A stretch of 64,000 nucleotides of DNA from Flectonema sp. DT1601 (Eukaryota). Numbering within the stretch: the first letter of the stretch is position 1; each line of letters begins with the position of its first letter. Shown piece by piece: positions 21,727 to 35,100 of the stretch. Where the stretch lies: contig OZ025792.1 of the NCBI GenBank assembly GCA_964019425.1, positions 496,001-560,000 of the forward strand. The letters run 5' to 3'. Below the pieces are notes generated by a model. That model ran no database searches, was not told where the DNA came from, and worked only from the letters and a program-made list of their open reading frames with translations. The position numbers were made by a program, and so were the translations under genes.

Positions 21727-22999
21727 GGCTGCTGAGATGAATAAATAATTCGTGTTTTTTTTTTTTTTTTTTTTAAATATAATTCCTTCAACACTTACTC
21801 AACATAACGGCAATGACTGTATTAAGAAAATACCTGAAGTTTTCGCTTACTGGTCTTGGTACTTCCGGGCTGAAGTCACCCCAAGAAAGTGCTATGCAAC
21901 TTGCCAAAAGTCAAAGAGACACGTACAAGAAAAAAGAATATGGGAAAGGGAGAAATAAAGATTGATGTGTGGAGGATGAGAATGAGCGATAATAAAGAAA
22001 GGGAGCAATGAGGGCAACGAGAAAAAAACTGGAGGGATAAAAAGCAAGAGAATTTTTCACGTGGTTGGAATGCACTGTGAATGTAACAATCTCATCGAAG
22101 CAACGCTCCACATGAACATTAATACTAAATCAGTCCATCGATTCTAGGTGCTTAGCTTCACAGCAATAATAAGAGAAGAGAAAATAGAGAAGAGGGAGTT
22201 CATTCTCAAAAAACAATATTATCAAATAAAAAAACGAACAACTACCCAAAAGTTAGACTCAACGATTGCAGAAGTTTTTTTTGTGTGTAAGTGTCAATTA
22301 AGCTGCCACCTTCACAGTGGCAGCTTTCTCCAGCATTTGAAGACAAAAGGGTAAATAAAAAAATCATCTTATTGTTTGCCTCAGAAGTGACTAACACAAG
22401 ACGCACATGAAGAAAACAAAAGAGAAAGAGAAGAAATCATGAACGCCACCGTAAGACGGGAACAAGATATTTTGGTATGTGCATTCTTGGAAAACTTGTG
22501 TAGCTTTTTTGTTTTTCTTTCTTTTTTTTTTTCAAAAAAAAAAAAAAAAAATTATATTTATGGTTTTCTTTGAAAAGGTGAATAATGGTTCAGAGCCAGC
22601 TTTCCTCACAATTTCTAATCAAATAACCAAAATAACCCCACCAGATAATTTTCATTCTTTTTTTTTTTTTTCCGCAAGGAAAGAAGAGGAGCGTAGGGAA
22701 CAGGAAGAATAAATGTTTGCGACGGAGTGCAATAACCAGCATAAAGGAAAAAAAAAGGGGGGGGAAATACTATTTTTTTTGTTTTTTTGTTTTGTTTTTC
22801 GTATTTTAAAACAATAACCGTGAAAACGATTTTGGTTTTCATACGTCATGAGGAGAGAGAAATTCTTTTCGTTCCCAACATTTGAACGTCAACAAAAAAT
22901 AACTTCCAAGTAAGTTACCCATGGTAACAGGAAAAACAAACTCGATTTGTGTTTTCTTTCTCTTTTTTTTTTTTTTTCTTTTTTTAGTTGAACTCTACA

Positions 23000-24378
23000 C
23001 TACCTCAAAGCCTTATGAAGAACCATGCTTGCCCCGGCGCTGTTTTTCCTTCTGCCATTAAATTCCTGTTATTATTTATATTCGAAAGTGATTATTTTTA
23101 TATTAAATTCAAAAGAAAGAAAAAACAAACCTCCCCATGCGATAGATCAAGGACAGAAGACATGCCGGGTTTACAAAGTGTTGGGAGTGTTGTTGATGTT
23201 GGTTGTTTTGAAGTCATTCCTATGCTGTTACCAAAAGTGTTATCATTGTAGTGTTTTGGTTTTGTAAGTGAAGGTAACATTCCTCCTTCTGTGTAGTCAT
23301 CTTTTCGAGGAGCATTCTTCCGAGATGTTAACGTGTCGCTTAACTGCGTATCTGAATCAACCGAGTCTGTTGCTTCTCTCTCAGGATTGTTGACATCACT
23401 AGTCGGTTGTTGTTGTTGTTGTTGTTGCTGTTGTTGTCCTTCTTGTTTTTCACTTATTCCTTTTTCTTTTTCTGATTTTGCTTTATTTCTTAGCTTCCTA
23501 TCCAAGTCTCTAATTTCTCTAAAGTACTGATGTCGCAGAGCCTGCTTCGCACTAATCCTATCATCTGGGTTGTATGTCAACAACCTCGCTAGTAAGTCAA
23601 GAGTATCCACGTTTGCGTGTGGTATTAATTTCTGCAAACCAGTTCCTTGTTTTTGAGGAAAATCAAAATCTATATGAGACGAATGTTTTTTCATCTTATT
23701 AAGAAGTTCAATGTGAGGAGTCCCTAATATATTATGAACCTTATGAATTTGATCGAGTTCATTAGTACCTGGAAAGAGTGGATACAATGAAACGATCTCA
23801 AAGAAGACACATCCAACACCCCAAAGGTCCATTTTATAATTATAATACCCATCAGTTAACAAACATTCAGGAGCTCGATACCAACGAGTTGCGATGTACT
23901 CCGTGAATGGTTGTTTTGAATAAATACCTCTACAGGATCCGAAGTCTGCTAATTTCAACGTATCTCCCGCTATCAAAATATTTTCTGGTTTGATGTCGCG
24001 ATGGAATATTCCATTTCGATGCATGTGATCCATTGCTTTGACCAATTGATACATAAAGTGTAATATTTTATCCTCCGGAACGTATTGCCGTCGACCTTTA
24101 ATCATTTCGTATATATTCATATCCATTAGTTCGAATACGAGGGCTAGTCTTCCAGTACTTCTATCGTAAAGAACTTCGTACAGTTTTATTATATTCGGAT
24201 GTGGTGATAATCTTCGTAAGGCTTGGATCTCTCTCAAACGGTTTACCTGTTCTACAGAATCAAAGTGATTCTTCATGCATTTAATTGCAACGTTTTTACT
24301 GTTTTTCGTGCACTGAGCCTTCAACACTTCACTAAATGTACCCTCTCCCTGTCGACCAAGCAGTCTATACTTATGCAT
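23000..24378 (-). CDS. MOK: MOK/RAGE-like (RCK family) Ser/Thr kinase; intron 23066-23130, ~437 aa
   Basis: GEGTFSEV, LREIQALRRLSPHPNI, HRDIKPEN, DFGSC, TEYIATRWYRAPECLLTDGYY; poly-Q tail. The 65-nt intron reads GTTTGT...AATAACAG. Confidence 0.9.
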
Positions 24379-25986
24379 GCTGCAGGGGAGGGAGGGTGGG
24401 GATATCAGGGTTGGGGGAGGGGGTGGGGATGGAGGGAGACTCTGGTTTAAAAAAATAAATATTTAAAAAAAAAAAGTATTCTCAGTCTCTACTACAACTG
24501 TATATTTTTTTTTTTTTTTTTTTTTGGACATGAATCTCCCTTTTCTTTAACCCTCCCGTAATCAAAATAAACTTCTGAATACAATAAAAGGGAGAAAAGG
24601 GAAACAATATGAAGAGCGGAAGAATATCTAAGGACATACGTTAGCAGGTAACGCATTTGTTTTTTTGTTTTTTTTTTTTTTGTTTTTTTTCATTGTTGTT
24701 GACAAGTTTTGGCAATTAGTTTGCTCGTTTCTTTTTTTTTTTTTTAAAAAAAGAAATAATAAAGTGAGAACAACCTCATTAAGGTAACTCTGACATTGAT
24801 TTACTTTTTTCTTTGTTCTTTTTCTTTTTTCGTTTTATAGATGGTACAATGGTAGATTATTAGTATAATTTTGAAAATTAAAAAAAAACGGGAGGGAAAA
24901 AAAAAAAAAAAAGAAAAAAATGATAATCAATACCGTCTGCACCGCCTTTGACAAGTAATTTGCTTACATAAGAAGAAATCGCGAATAGTCAGCAAATTCA
25001 TAACATAATGTCGATTTACCTGCGTTTTTTGGTTCACTCGCAGGAAAAGAAAGCAATAAGAGAGGTGTCGAGACAGGGCATATCAAAACATCTTTTCCTT
25101 AAAAAAAGTTTTTTTTTTTTCGTGAAAAGGAAAAGGGGGGGGGAAAAAATACAAAAAAAAAAAAAATAATATTACATAGGGAAAAAGAAATAAGAAGACT
25201 ATCAGCAAGAAAAAAAAGAAGAATTTAGTTTCAGGAGGGAGCTTGTGCCATCTACGCAGTTCCCGAGGACGGCTAACGCAAACCTATTTATGCCTACGTT
25301 GACATCTAATGCACCAAACACGAAGTAATAATAAAAAAAAATTAAAAAAAAAAGAAGAGGAAGGTCTCAAGAGCTGCAAGAACACCTCTCGTAACTAATT
25401 CTTTCTTTTTTAGTTGTGGTTGTTGTTGTTTTTTTTTTTCTTCCGATAAAGCGATTTTTAGAGAGTGATACTGCAACAAAAAAGTTAGTTTTTTTTTTCT
25501 TTTTACTGTGTAAGGCGGCACTCCCTCCCACTGATTCTTTCCTTTTTAACTTTCAATAACACGGTGGATTGTTCATTTCACTACGAGGGGGACAGTGAAT
25601 GGGGATTTTGGGTTCCTGTCTTTACCACGTTGGGTAAGACCGTATAATATAATAACGCTGTCTTGTTTTTTTTTGTTTTTGTTTTTTTATGTCGGCTGCA
25701 CAGGCACAAAGAAGGACACGCACTCAGGAACTACTGATGCAAAGTCTAGCCTAAAACGTAAAAGACCTTTTTAATAAATAAAGAATGCCCTATGATGTGC
25801 ACAACCCTCTAACTTACCGCTGATCACGTCGCTCAGTGAAAACGCACAAAGAGTAAGTAATCTGAAAACATCAAAAAGATCTTACGTACTTTTTATAGTA
25901 CATCATCGTTAATATAAACACCCTCTGTTGGTTGCATTGAAGTTGCAGTGGTACTCGTAGGTCTATGAGTGAGTACACTGGGTAGT

Positions 25987-26914
25987 CTATCCCAGCATCT
26001 GTTTTTTTTTTTTTTAATATATTTTCAAAAACATCTAGCCAACGTAAAAAAAGAAACACAACACAAACCTCCATATGAGATGCTTGTCTAACAGCGAAGT
26101 CCCTGCGACTGCTGAGTTTACGAGAGAACGTTGGACTTGTGAGTTTACCGTCGGTTGCACATCGGGAAATGTTTCTCCCGAGGAGTCTGGTGGAGTCCAT
26201 TACTTCACCTTGTGGTAATTTTAAATCTTTCTTCAGATGAGAAATCTTTGGTTTGTCATGACTAAATAATGATCCCTGACGTGTAACACTCGCCTTACGA
26301 GATCTCTCATGAAAAGTCTGACGTTCTGAAGTACCCTTTGAGGAACAGCGAACTATCTTCTTACCGCGAGTAGCAGAGTCTGATCGGAAGGTCTTACGAG
26401 CTGCTGAATCACAACGAGTCATTCCTCGAGGAGACAAGGTACGAACAGCTTGACGATTACAGAAAGTCTGACTGCTAGTTCTCTTCTTCTGTGCTGGGGA
26501 AGCATGTGAACCAGTAGCAGCACTGTGTGAATGAGTTCTAGTAGGCTGTCTACATGGTGATAACAATCTTGTTGGAACTGGTGGAGCATCAAACTTACGA
26601 GTTGCTGAAGTACTTCTCCCTGGACTTGCTAATCTTTTTGATGGAGTAATAGACGAGTGTTTACCTGATTGTCTACTCTTTGAAGGTGTTCCATTACCAG
26701 AAGCAAAGTAACCACAGCTACTGCTGTACATTCCGGGAAGCTCAGGAGGACTTCTAACACTGCTGAGTCCTCTACTGTTTGATCTTCTAACAGGTGGAGG
26801 AATTACCTGCTCAGGTGTCTTTAACTCAACATCATCAGCAGCTATCCGAAGCGATTCATCGAGTGGAGTCGATCTCAAAACCTCAGCAATCGCTTCAACT
26901 TCAATTGGTGTCAT
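25987..26914 (-). CDS. Hypothetical Ser/Arg/Pro-rich basic disordered protein; probable intron 25999-26068
   Basis: Long open frame from MTPIEVE. GAG|GTTTGT donor and A-run+CAG acceptor. The exact 3' end is uncertain. Confidence 0.6.
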
Positions 26915-28149
26915 GTTTGTGATATTGAGAATCTGAATAAAATATAAAACTTTTTCAATTATCGCTCTTGTCAATACCAAAACATTCAAACTGATGTGTA
27001 AAAACCTGCAATTTGAATAACGTAAAACCCCGCTGAGCAATAATTTATTTAAAATTAGAATGCTGGAACTCAACGACAAGAAGCGAAGCTCTTTCGGATT
27101 CACATCCAAAATAAAAAAAACGAAGACAACACTTATCAGAGAGTGATGTAAGGTGGCTGCAGTCACACAACACGAACTTATTTTCTTTTTAAAGAGAGGA
27201 GGAAAAAACTGTTACCATCAAATCACAAAAAGGAATTGCCTTCAGATTACAACATAGTGATGCAGGGTAAACAAATCACTCGCAGGCAGACTTTAATTTA
27301 AATATAATTGTCACTTTACTTTTCTTTTAACTGAAACACCTTTCTTTCCCGTGTCTTCTCTGCGAGTGTATGAAGTCGTTTTTGAATTTCGCCAACCCAA
27401 TAAAACAGTCGTATCGACGTTTTGCAAACAAAAAAAGGATTTTTAAAAAAAAAATACAACTCATACAATTCAAAAGTGTTGGAAGTCACGGATATGATTA
27501 TTTCAAACAGAACACTCAAGGAAGATGTGATAGAAATTTTTTTTTTTTTTTTTTTTTTCGTTCTCGCAGAATCGGTTATAATATTACTTTGAATCCTCAA
27601 AATGATTCTTCTTTGAGTAGCCTTGTTCGGCTCCATGAAGAATGTTGACGATCACAGCAACCATCATAATTTAGATCTCTCTTGCAGAAGTAGAATGTAA
27701 GGATGCCTCGCTTGAGATGACGTTTCGACGAGTATCTTAATTAGTGACATTATTTTTTGATAAAATGGGATTTGGCGTTTTCTGAAAGGAAAAAAATAAT
27801 AAAAGTGATATCACACACTATGCAACGACGAATCGCTCAGATCACAACATGTATCTACCCCATCCTGTTATAAGTAATATTTAGGTATATAATTAGAGTT
27901 GTAATACAGTAACTTTCAGAAAGGAAGAGTTCCAATAGGCAAGTAATGAAGTAGGAACGCTATTCCATCGCAACGTAACATTTTAAAAAGCAGCAACAGT
28001 ATTAAATAAGTGTATTTCAAGGTTAGGAATTGAAGAAATAAAAAAAAAAGTTCTGCACAGCAAAAAAAAAAAAAAAATTGGGGAGAGAAAAAAAAAACGT
28101 ATTCCCCTCCAGATAGGGTGAGAGAAATGTGTTTTTTTTTTTTTTTTTT

Positions 28150-28668
28150 TTATTCTTTTTTCGGAAGAATAAAAACAGTACTGTCGGCACTGACATCGAA
28201 CTCAATTATAGCGTAGTCGTTAGGCATCGTAATAGCGTTATGGACCATTCGATAAGTGTTGGATTTTATTTTGGATACATTGTGTAGTTTTAATGCCTCT
28301 TCTCTGAGACGGTCAGTTGACCAACTTATGTCCCATTCTCCTTCAATTAGATGACGTGTTTGTGGTTTTTTCTTTTCCCATAAAACGATCGCAAGCGGTC
28401 CAGCAGCATCACGAACCGGATGCAACAACGCTATTTCTGATTCATTTCCTATTCCTAATTCCGACATTGTTCTCGCTTCTCCCTTTAAAGTTTCACTTCG
28501 ATAAACCAATCGTTGATGTTTTGATGGAATTCCGATCTCATCAGCAATCAGACTGGTTAAGTATCCCAACACACAATCATTCTTCAAACTGTATTGAAGC
28601 TTCTTACCAGTGCATGTTTCAATGCTGATGTTTATATCTTTTGGAATCAGTGACAACATCGACATCAT
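28150..28668 (-). CDS. Tandem ubiquitin-like domain protein
   Basis: ISIETCTGK..IADEIGIPSKHQRLVY..TMSELGI matches the ubiquitin fold. A second degenerate UBL follows (YRMVHN..FDVSADSTVFIL). Confidence 0.75.
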   Translation of the reverse strand: MMSMLSLIPKDINISIETCTGKKLQYSLKNDCVLGYLTSLIADEIGIPSKHQRLVYRSETLKGEARTMSELGIGNESEIALLHPVRDAAGPLAIVLWEKKKPQTRHLIEGEWDISWSTDRLREEALKLHNVSKIKSNTYRMVHNAITMPNDYAIIEFDVSADSTVFILPKKE

Positions 28669-29013
28669 TTTGAAGTTACTACTTACTAAGAAATGATTAA
28701 ATGAACAGATCAATACAACACAAGTACTTGAAAGACTTAATGCTGACAGGTAGCTAACATGATTATAACTGACTGAAAGAAGTTACCGATTGAATAACAT
28801 TAAATTATCAAAACAAAAACTCAATTCTTTGTAAACTCACCTTCACTTAAGGAGGCGGCTGAACGGTCGGCGGGGAATGGCCCCCACTAGAGAATATGTG
28901 TACCTGTTTACGGGTATCTTTTTTTTTTTTTTTTTTTTTTTTGCTCTTTTTTTTTTTGTTAAAAAAGATCCTCTCGCACATCGTATTCCATTGTGTTAGA
29001 TTTTGTAAGATTT

Positions 29014-29414
29014 TTATGCCTTTAAGAACTCATCACACTTAATCATGAAGACTCCGTCAGTATCTTTCTTGCACTGAAATTTACCAGTGAAAGGGATGTC
29101 GATGCTCTTTGCTACGTTCTTTATCTTACCTGACACTTCTGGTTTCCAAATTCCGAACTCGTCAGCTGGTTTGCTGCCTGCAGGGAGTTTAATGTCGAGG
29201 AAAACGTTCTTTGACTCAACCTCAGTGTGGAGATCTTCTCTGTTTTTTTGATGTTTTTTTTTTTTATTATTCATCGTGTTGTTTTGATTATAGAAAAAAA
29301 AACATACCTTCCAAGGTAGGACAACCCTCCCTTAGCACCAGTGTTTTTGTCGTTAATTCCAACAGCCCAAGCCTGAAGCTGGTCCATAATCTTCTCTTTG
29401 TCTGCCTGACTCAT
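29014..29414 (-). CDS. Hypothetical 110-aa protein; 2 exons (29414-29308, 29239-29014)
   Basis: MSQADKEKIMDQLQAWAVG...YLG joins REDLHTEV in frame through a 68-nt phase-2 intron (GTATGT...AAAAAAACAG); total 333 nt. Confidence 0.75.
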
Positions 29415-29818
29415 CTTAATGGGTGCTTTGTTTTATAGAAACTGTGAGTGAGAGTAGCATGTTTGTTTATTTTTACTAATAATGAAGCAACAAAATGTGG
29501 CATAACCCTGTCCCCTTTGTGAACATAGCTTCATTAATCTCTGAATGTTCACAATAATATCTCAGCAACTGGGAATCACGAAAGAAGAAAAAAAAAAAAA
29601 AAAAAGACTGAAACAAAAAATATGACTTCCCCCTAAGAAAGAAAAAAAAAAAAAAAGAGAAAAACAAGAAGACTACCACGTCTGTGAGGGTAGATAACAA
29701 CGTGGTGTTTGTCAGGGGAAGTTGATAGGGAAAAAACAAAACAAAAAGAACTCTTTTTTAGCTGAATCACGGCTACCAGCTTACGGAATGACTCGCAGCA
29801 GTACTAATCAAGAATCAT

Positions 29819-31974
29819 CTACTTCCTTTGCATAGCTTTTTGCGTCCAGATGCTTCCACCCTTTGCCGCAGATTTGGGGGCTAAGCTTTTCGGCATTTTT
29901 GGTTTCTTTTTGTTTCCGCCCAAAGTAGGAAACTCCGCGGGATTTGTTTCGACACCTGAAGTTGGTGGCGGAGTTATAGAACGTGGAGCTGTAGGTCCTG
30001 TTCCTGAAGTATTCCGCTTTGCTTTATCCAACCAGTTGTTATTATTATTACCACGAGAAGGAGAAGTACTATGAGATTGATGATGTTTATAGTCATGTAG
30101 TTGTTGTTGTAATACAGCTCTCGGATCAGTTGCAGGAGTTGGTGGAGCATCAGGAACTCCCTTTTCTTTACTATTCGCAGTGTTGTGAACAAGTCGTAGT
30201 CCCTGTCTTTTATTAGCGTCAGGGAGTAGATCAACTAAGTCGCTGAATATCTCGTCAAGAGTTCCTCCGAAGAATAGTTGTAGTTTGTCATAGTAAGCAG
30301 CTGATTGCATGTTACCTTTTAAATACTCACTTGAGATTACTCTGAACTGATTAAACTTCGACACGTCGTCACTCAGAAGTGTTTTCATCTTTTTCATAAG
30401 TTCTAAGTTCCTCGCTTTCTCATTCTGAGATGGCTGTGGTGGAGGAGGACTCCTTGATGGCCTGTTGTCTCTTTTTGGAGAACGTCCACCTCGACCACGA
30501 CCTTTTCCTTTACCACCACCTTCTTGTCTACTTACACCTCTTCCTCCCTTTCCACCATTACCTCTTTCTTCATCAGGTGATGGGAGACCAAAGTTATAAA
30601 CAATCTCACGACCTTTTGCCATACTAAATCTTATACTACTCGCATTAGCGTATTCTTCTCTGTTATCTCTGTTGTAGCTTCCTCTGTCACCACTACTTGT
30701 ACGACCTTGATTGGCATCGTATGTTGCTGTGGGTTGTTGTATCGTATTTGATGTTTAATTGATGGTATTCTACTTTTAAAGAATTGCTGTAAAAGTTGGA
30801 GAGACGACTTTATGAAGAAATAGGAATATTAAATAGTTCCCTTTTTTTTTACTTTTCATCTTCTGTCCTTTCAATGAGGACATTCTAAACAATGGTTCAG
30901 ATTGCCAGATACAATGCAACACGCTGACAAGGGAACTACCACATGGGAAGGCAAGTACCATAAAAAACTATTAAGAGGGCACTTTAAACTAGCTTCCAGC
31001 TAAAATATAAAAACTATTATGCTAAACGAATGACATACTTGCACCAAATCCAAAACCAAAACTGACGTCGACTTTTGTACCTCTGCGATTGTTACCAGTT
31101 GTTCCGGTTGAGTGTACTTTTTGCTGTTTTTTTTTTTTTTTGATTTTTTTTATTAATAAACAAAACACATGTTTTAAAAAGAATAAAACCATCAAAAACC
31201 ACCACACACATTATGAACAGAGATATCAATGGTTGAAGCAAAAACCCATTCTGAAGGATGGTGCTGGGTGTCACCCTGGTGTTTACTGTGACACTTTTCA
31301 CAGTAGTGATGAGAACTACGCCAATGCTGAACAAGCTCATCCATGCCAGCATAGTATAGTAGACTACGTGAAGAATCTGACCTCTCACAAAATTCACACA
31401 AGATATGTTTTTCTTGCATATGTTTATATAAGGTCTCGCTATCATATTGATTATTGTTACAGAAATGACAAGGAGGATGACCTCTGAAATTCGATGGATC
31501 TTTATCACACACATCCGTGATAGATTCGTGAAGCCTCAGTTGTGCTTTTGAATATAACTGTTGCTCACTAATAAATTGAGGTTTTTCTAATACACAAACT
31601 GGACAGAATGTAACCTGATGAGTTCCTAGTAAGTGACTTCTTAACTCACCAGTTGACTTGAATGACCAATCGGTACCACATTGTTCGTATAGAGGACAGT
31701 ATAAGTCTCTTAGAAATCTTATTTCTTGAAGGACGTCCTCGTCTTCACAGAGTACTCCCCAAACAGGGTCTTTGACAGATCCTTTTTTGTTTTTATAAAT
31801 CCAAAGTTTATCAGAAGGTGTTTGACATTGACAACATAATTTTGCTTTTTCTTTTTCATGAATCGTGTTTACCTTATATCTGTATCGTAGAGCACATTTC
31901 CAGCATGTTTTGTGTCCGCATTCTAGCTCTCCATACATCGTCATGTTGTCTGCACAGAGCAGACATAGTGTCAT
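29819..31974 (-). CDS. ZNF598: ZNF598/Hel2-like RING and C2H2 E3 ligase (ribosome quality control); 3 exons (31974-31210, 31123-31039, 30726-29819), ~585 aa
   Basis: RING CLLC..CGHKTCWKCALR; C2H2 fingers including FRGHPPCHFC; C-terminal helical domain (F..L..LLPD..K) and EFPTL motif. Introns 31124-31209 and 30727-31038 join three ORFs in frame (1758 nt). Confidence 0.88.
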
Positions 31975-32138
31975 TATTCTTACTTCTTGAGAAACTGGAA
32001 AAGAAGAAAAAAAAATGAATTACAACCTTCGTAGAGTGTAATGAGCACAATGTGAATATGGTACAGTGGAATAGTATCAAAAGTGTAAATAAAAACTAAC
32101 TTATCAAAACAAATAGAAACATATTGAGAGAACAATAA

Positions 32139-35100
32139 TTAGAGTTCCCCTAACTTAATATCTTCCACAGGGACAGCGTGGACCTCATCAGGTTTATCTG
32201 AATAGTAGTCGATGTCTTCCCCTTGATTAGATTTCACCAACTCCAGTACGTCATCAACTAATACCTCGTCAGTCTCCTTACTAATGACTTGTTGAATGTT
32301 GTTTGTCGCAGTGTTGTTAAGGATCTGACTACTGTCAGAATGTTTAATATGATCAAGTGACTGACGTCTATTTATCATTTCTACTTCTATTGATTGACCA
32401 ACAGGATCGTTAGGTTCACTCTCTCTAACTACAAGTGGGTAGTCAGTCTGATCACAGGAGGGAGGTGCTACAGCACTGTCAGAGTTGTGACTTCTCAACA
32501 TGTTTTCATTATTTACTTCAGCTACCTCCTCTCTCTGTTGGTGTTGAGGTTCGATCAATTCCTTTTGGGAATCGTTTGGCTCACTCTTAACATCTGCTGT
32601 TTGCGAGTCGTCGAATTGGGCGTCAGTCTCAACCGTGACTTCATTAGCTAAGTCATCTTTGAGTAGATCTGGTACTGGTAGTTCTCGAGTACTGTCTGGT
32701 ATGCAGTTCTGTGGGCTATCTGGTGGCTCTCGAGTACTGTCTGGTATGCAGTTCTGTGAGTTATCTGGTGGCTCTCGAGTACTGTCTGGTATGCAGTTCT
32801 GTGAGTTATCTGGTGGCTCTCGAGTACTGTCTGGTATGCAGTTCTGTGGGCTATCTGGTAGCTCTCGAGTACTGTCTGGAATGCAGTTCTGTGGGCTATC
32901 TGGTAGCTCTCGAGTACTGTCTGGTATGCAGTTCTGTGAGTTATCTGGTAGCTCTCGAGTACTGTCTGGTATGCAGTTCTGTGAGTTATCTGGTAGCTCT
33001 CGAGTACTGCCTGGTATGCAGTTCTGTGAGTTATCTGGTAGCTCTCGAGTACTGTCTGGTATGCAGTTCTGTGGGCTATCTGGTAGCTCTCGAGTACTGT
33101 CTGGTATGCAGTTCTGTGAGTTATCTGGTAGCTCTCGAGTACTGTCTGGTATGCAGTTCTGTGAGTTATCTGGTAGCTCTCGAGTACTGTCTGGTATGCA
33201 GTTCTGTGAGTTATCTGGTAGCTCTCGAGTACTGCCTGGTATGCAGTTCTGTGAGTTATCTGGTAGCTCTCGAGTACTGTCTGGTATGCAGTTCTGTGGG
33301 CTATCTGGTAGCTCTCGAGTACTGTCTGGTATGCAGTTCTGTGGGTAATCTGGTAGCTCTCGAGTACTGTCTGGTATGCAGTTCTGTGGGCTATCTGGTA
33401 GCTCGCCCAACGGAGGTGTAACTCTGTCAGAGCTGTGACTTCTCAACATGTTTTCATTATTTACTTCAGCTACCTCCTCTCTCTGATGGTGTTGAGGTTC
33501 GATCAATTCCTTTTGGGAATCGTTTGGCTCACTCTTAACATCTGCTGTTTGCGGAACAGAGTGTTCACATTTTTTATTTACATCGGAAGCAGTTAATTCC
33601 CCCGCTTCTCGATCTGCCTGAGCACCTGAGATCTCCTCCTCTGAAGTCTCTGTTTGAACTTCAGTAAATTCAAAAGGGAAAGATTTCATATGTTCTACGT
33701 CACCTGATGGAATTATTTCCGAGACGAATTGATGGTGAAGTTCTTTACGAGTTTCTTCATCAGACGCAACTTGGAGTTGGTGATGATCACTAGTTGGGTT
33801 ACCAGTCGAAAGGATGATTGAATTACTCCCTCGTTTGAGAAGATCATCTTCAGGTGTTGTTAATGAGATATGAATGTTTGAATAATTTATATCATCCGAC
33901 TTCATATCAATTTCAGTATTGGAACTTCTCTTTTTACGATGAACGGAGTGTTTCTGTGGAAGTGACACTGACAAGTGTCCATTAGTCGACACAAATGAAT
34001 TACTGCGATCAGAAGACTGGTTGCTGTCATGACTTCGTCTTTTTGACATTAGAATCTTTGCGTTCATTATGAGTTTATTTATAATAATCGATGAGAAGGA
34101 TTGTTGAATATCAAACAACTCTTCCATTCTCATCTTCATCCTCATCTCTCTTATCCTTTGCTCTGCCTGGTGATATAACTTTCTTCTTGAATCTTTATAT
34201 TTAGTTAACTGAAAGTCGTGTGTGTATTTGTTAGACTTAGCCACAGCCATCACATAACAAAACATCTCATTCAGAAATTTCTTATTATTGTATTCCTCCA
34301 GTAGTATTGAATGTCGTGTTGTTGTTTCTGACAGACTCAGATTGGATGATTTTTCTTCGTTTAAAATAATTTCTCTATTCAAGTGTTCTGTTTCAATGGT
34401 GGTGCTAATGTTACTTTTGATGAATGAAGAAAATAATTGTAATTCTGAATATGCAGACAGATGTTGGATGGATTTGTTGTAATGCATCAACTCAATCAGA
34501 TGTCGAGAACTAGTTTCTGAGTGATGTATCATGGATGATTTGTATATCAGATGTCGTGATGATGATTCACATGAAAATATTATAACAGATTCTGACACTG
34601 ATAACAACTCTTTGCTGCATTCAATTTGAATTATAAATCTTTGGAATTTCTCTTTCATTAGAATTCTTTCACGTTGTTCTCGTTGGTTTGTTTTAATAAA
34701 ATATTTCATCATATCGGTTAGTAGTGTTCGTTCGATTTGTTCAAAGTGTTTTAGGATTTGGACGCCTACGTCGATGTCTCGATTCAAAAATTGAACCTTC
34801 GATTCAAAAAAATTAAAGTATAATAAATTAAAACACCCTTCGCATTCCTTTTGTAATAAATAATATTCCCTTTCTTGATCGACGATGATCATAAACAATT
34901 GGGTTAATAAAGATATTGAGTTTTCATGGTAATGTTCTAATTGCATTCTGTAAGGCTCTTCCTTAGTTTGCAAAACATAAGTTTCACTGTTGTGTAATAG
35001 AGAATACAAAAGACCCACTTCTGTGCTTAGTTCTACAACAGCTTGTTGTGAATTTTGATATTTCGATTTCGCGTTTTTCATCCATTTTTTTACTAAAACA

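Noticed and set aside
25811..25858. U1 snRNA-like ACTTACC..GATCACG on the + strand
   Set aside because: No Sm site or U1 fold; better explained as the reverse complement of a minus-strand GGTAAGT donor-like motif.
27570..27750. Possible small gene in a homopolymer-free intergenic patch
   Set aside because: Hand translation gave only ORFs under 30 codons, apart from a low-complexity ORF running into an A-tract; no recognisable motif.
32685..33404. CRISPR-like regular array
   Set aside because: Contiguous units with no unique spacers, in frame within a eukaryotic CDS, and no cas genes.
32635..33421. Long + strand ORFs (237 and 236 aa) over the 45-bp array
   Set aside because: Antisense shadows of a stop-poor tandem repeat; the minus-strand ORF extends well beyond the array.
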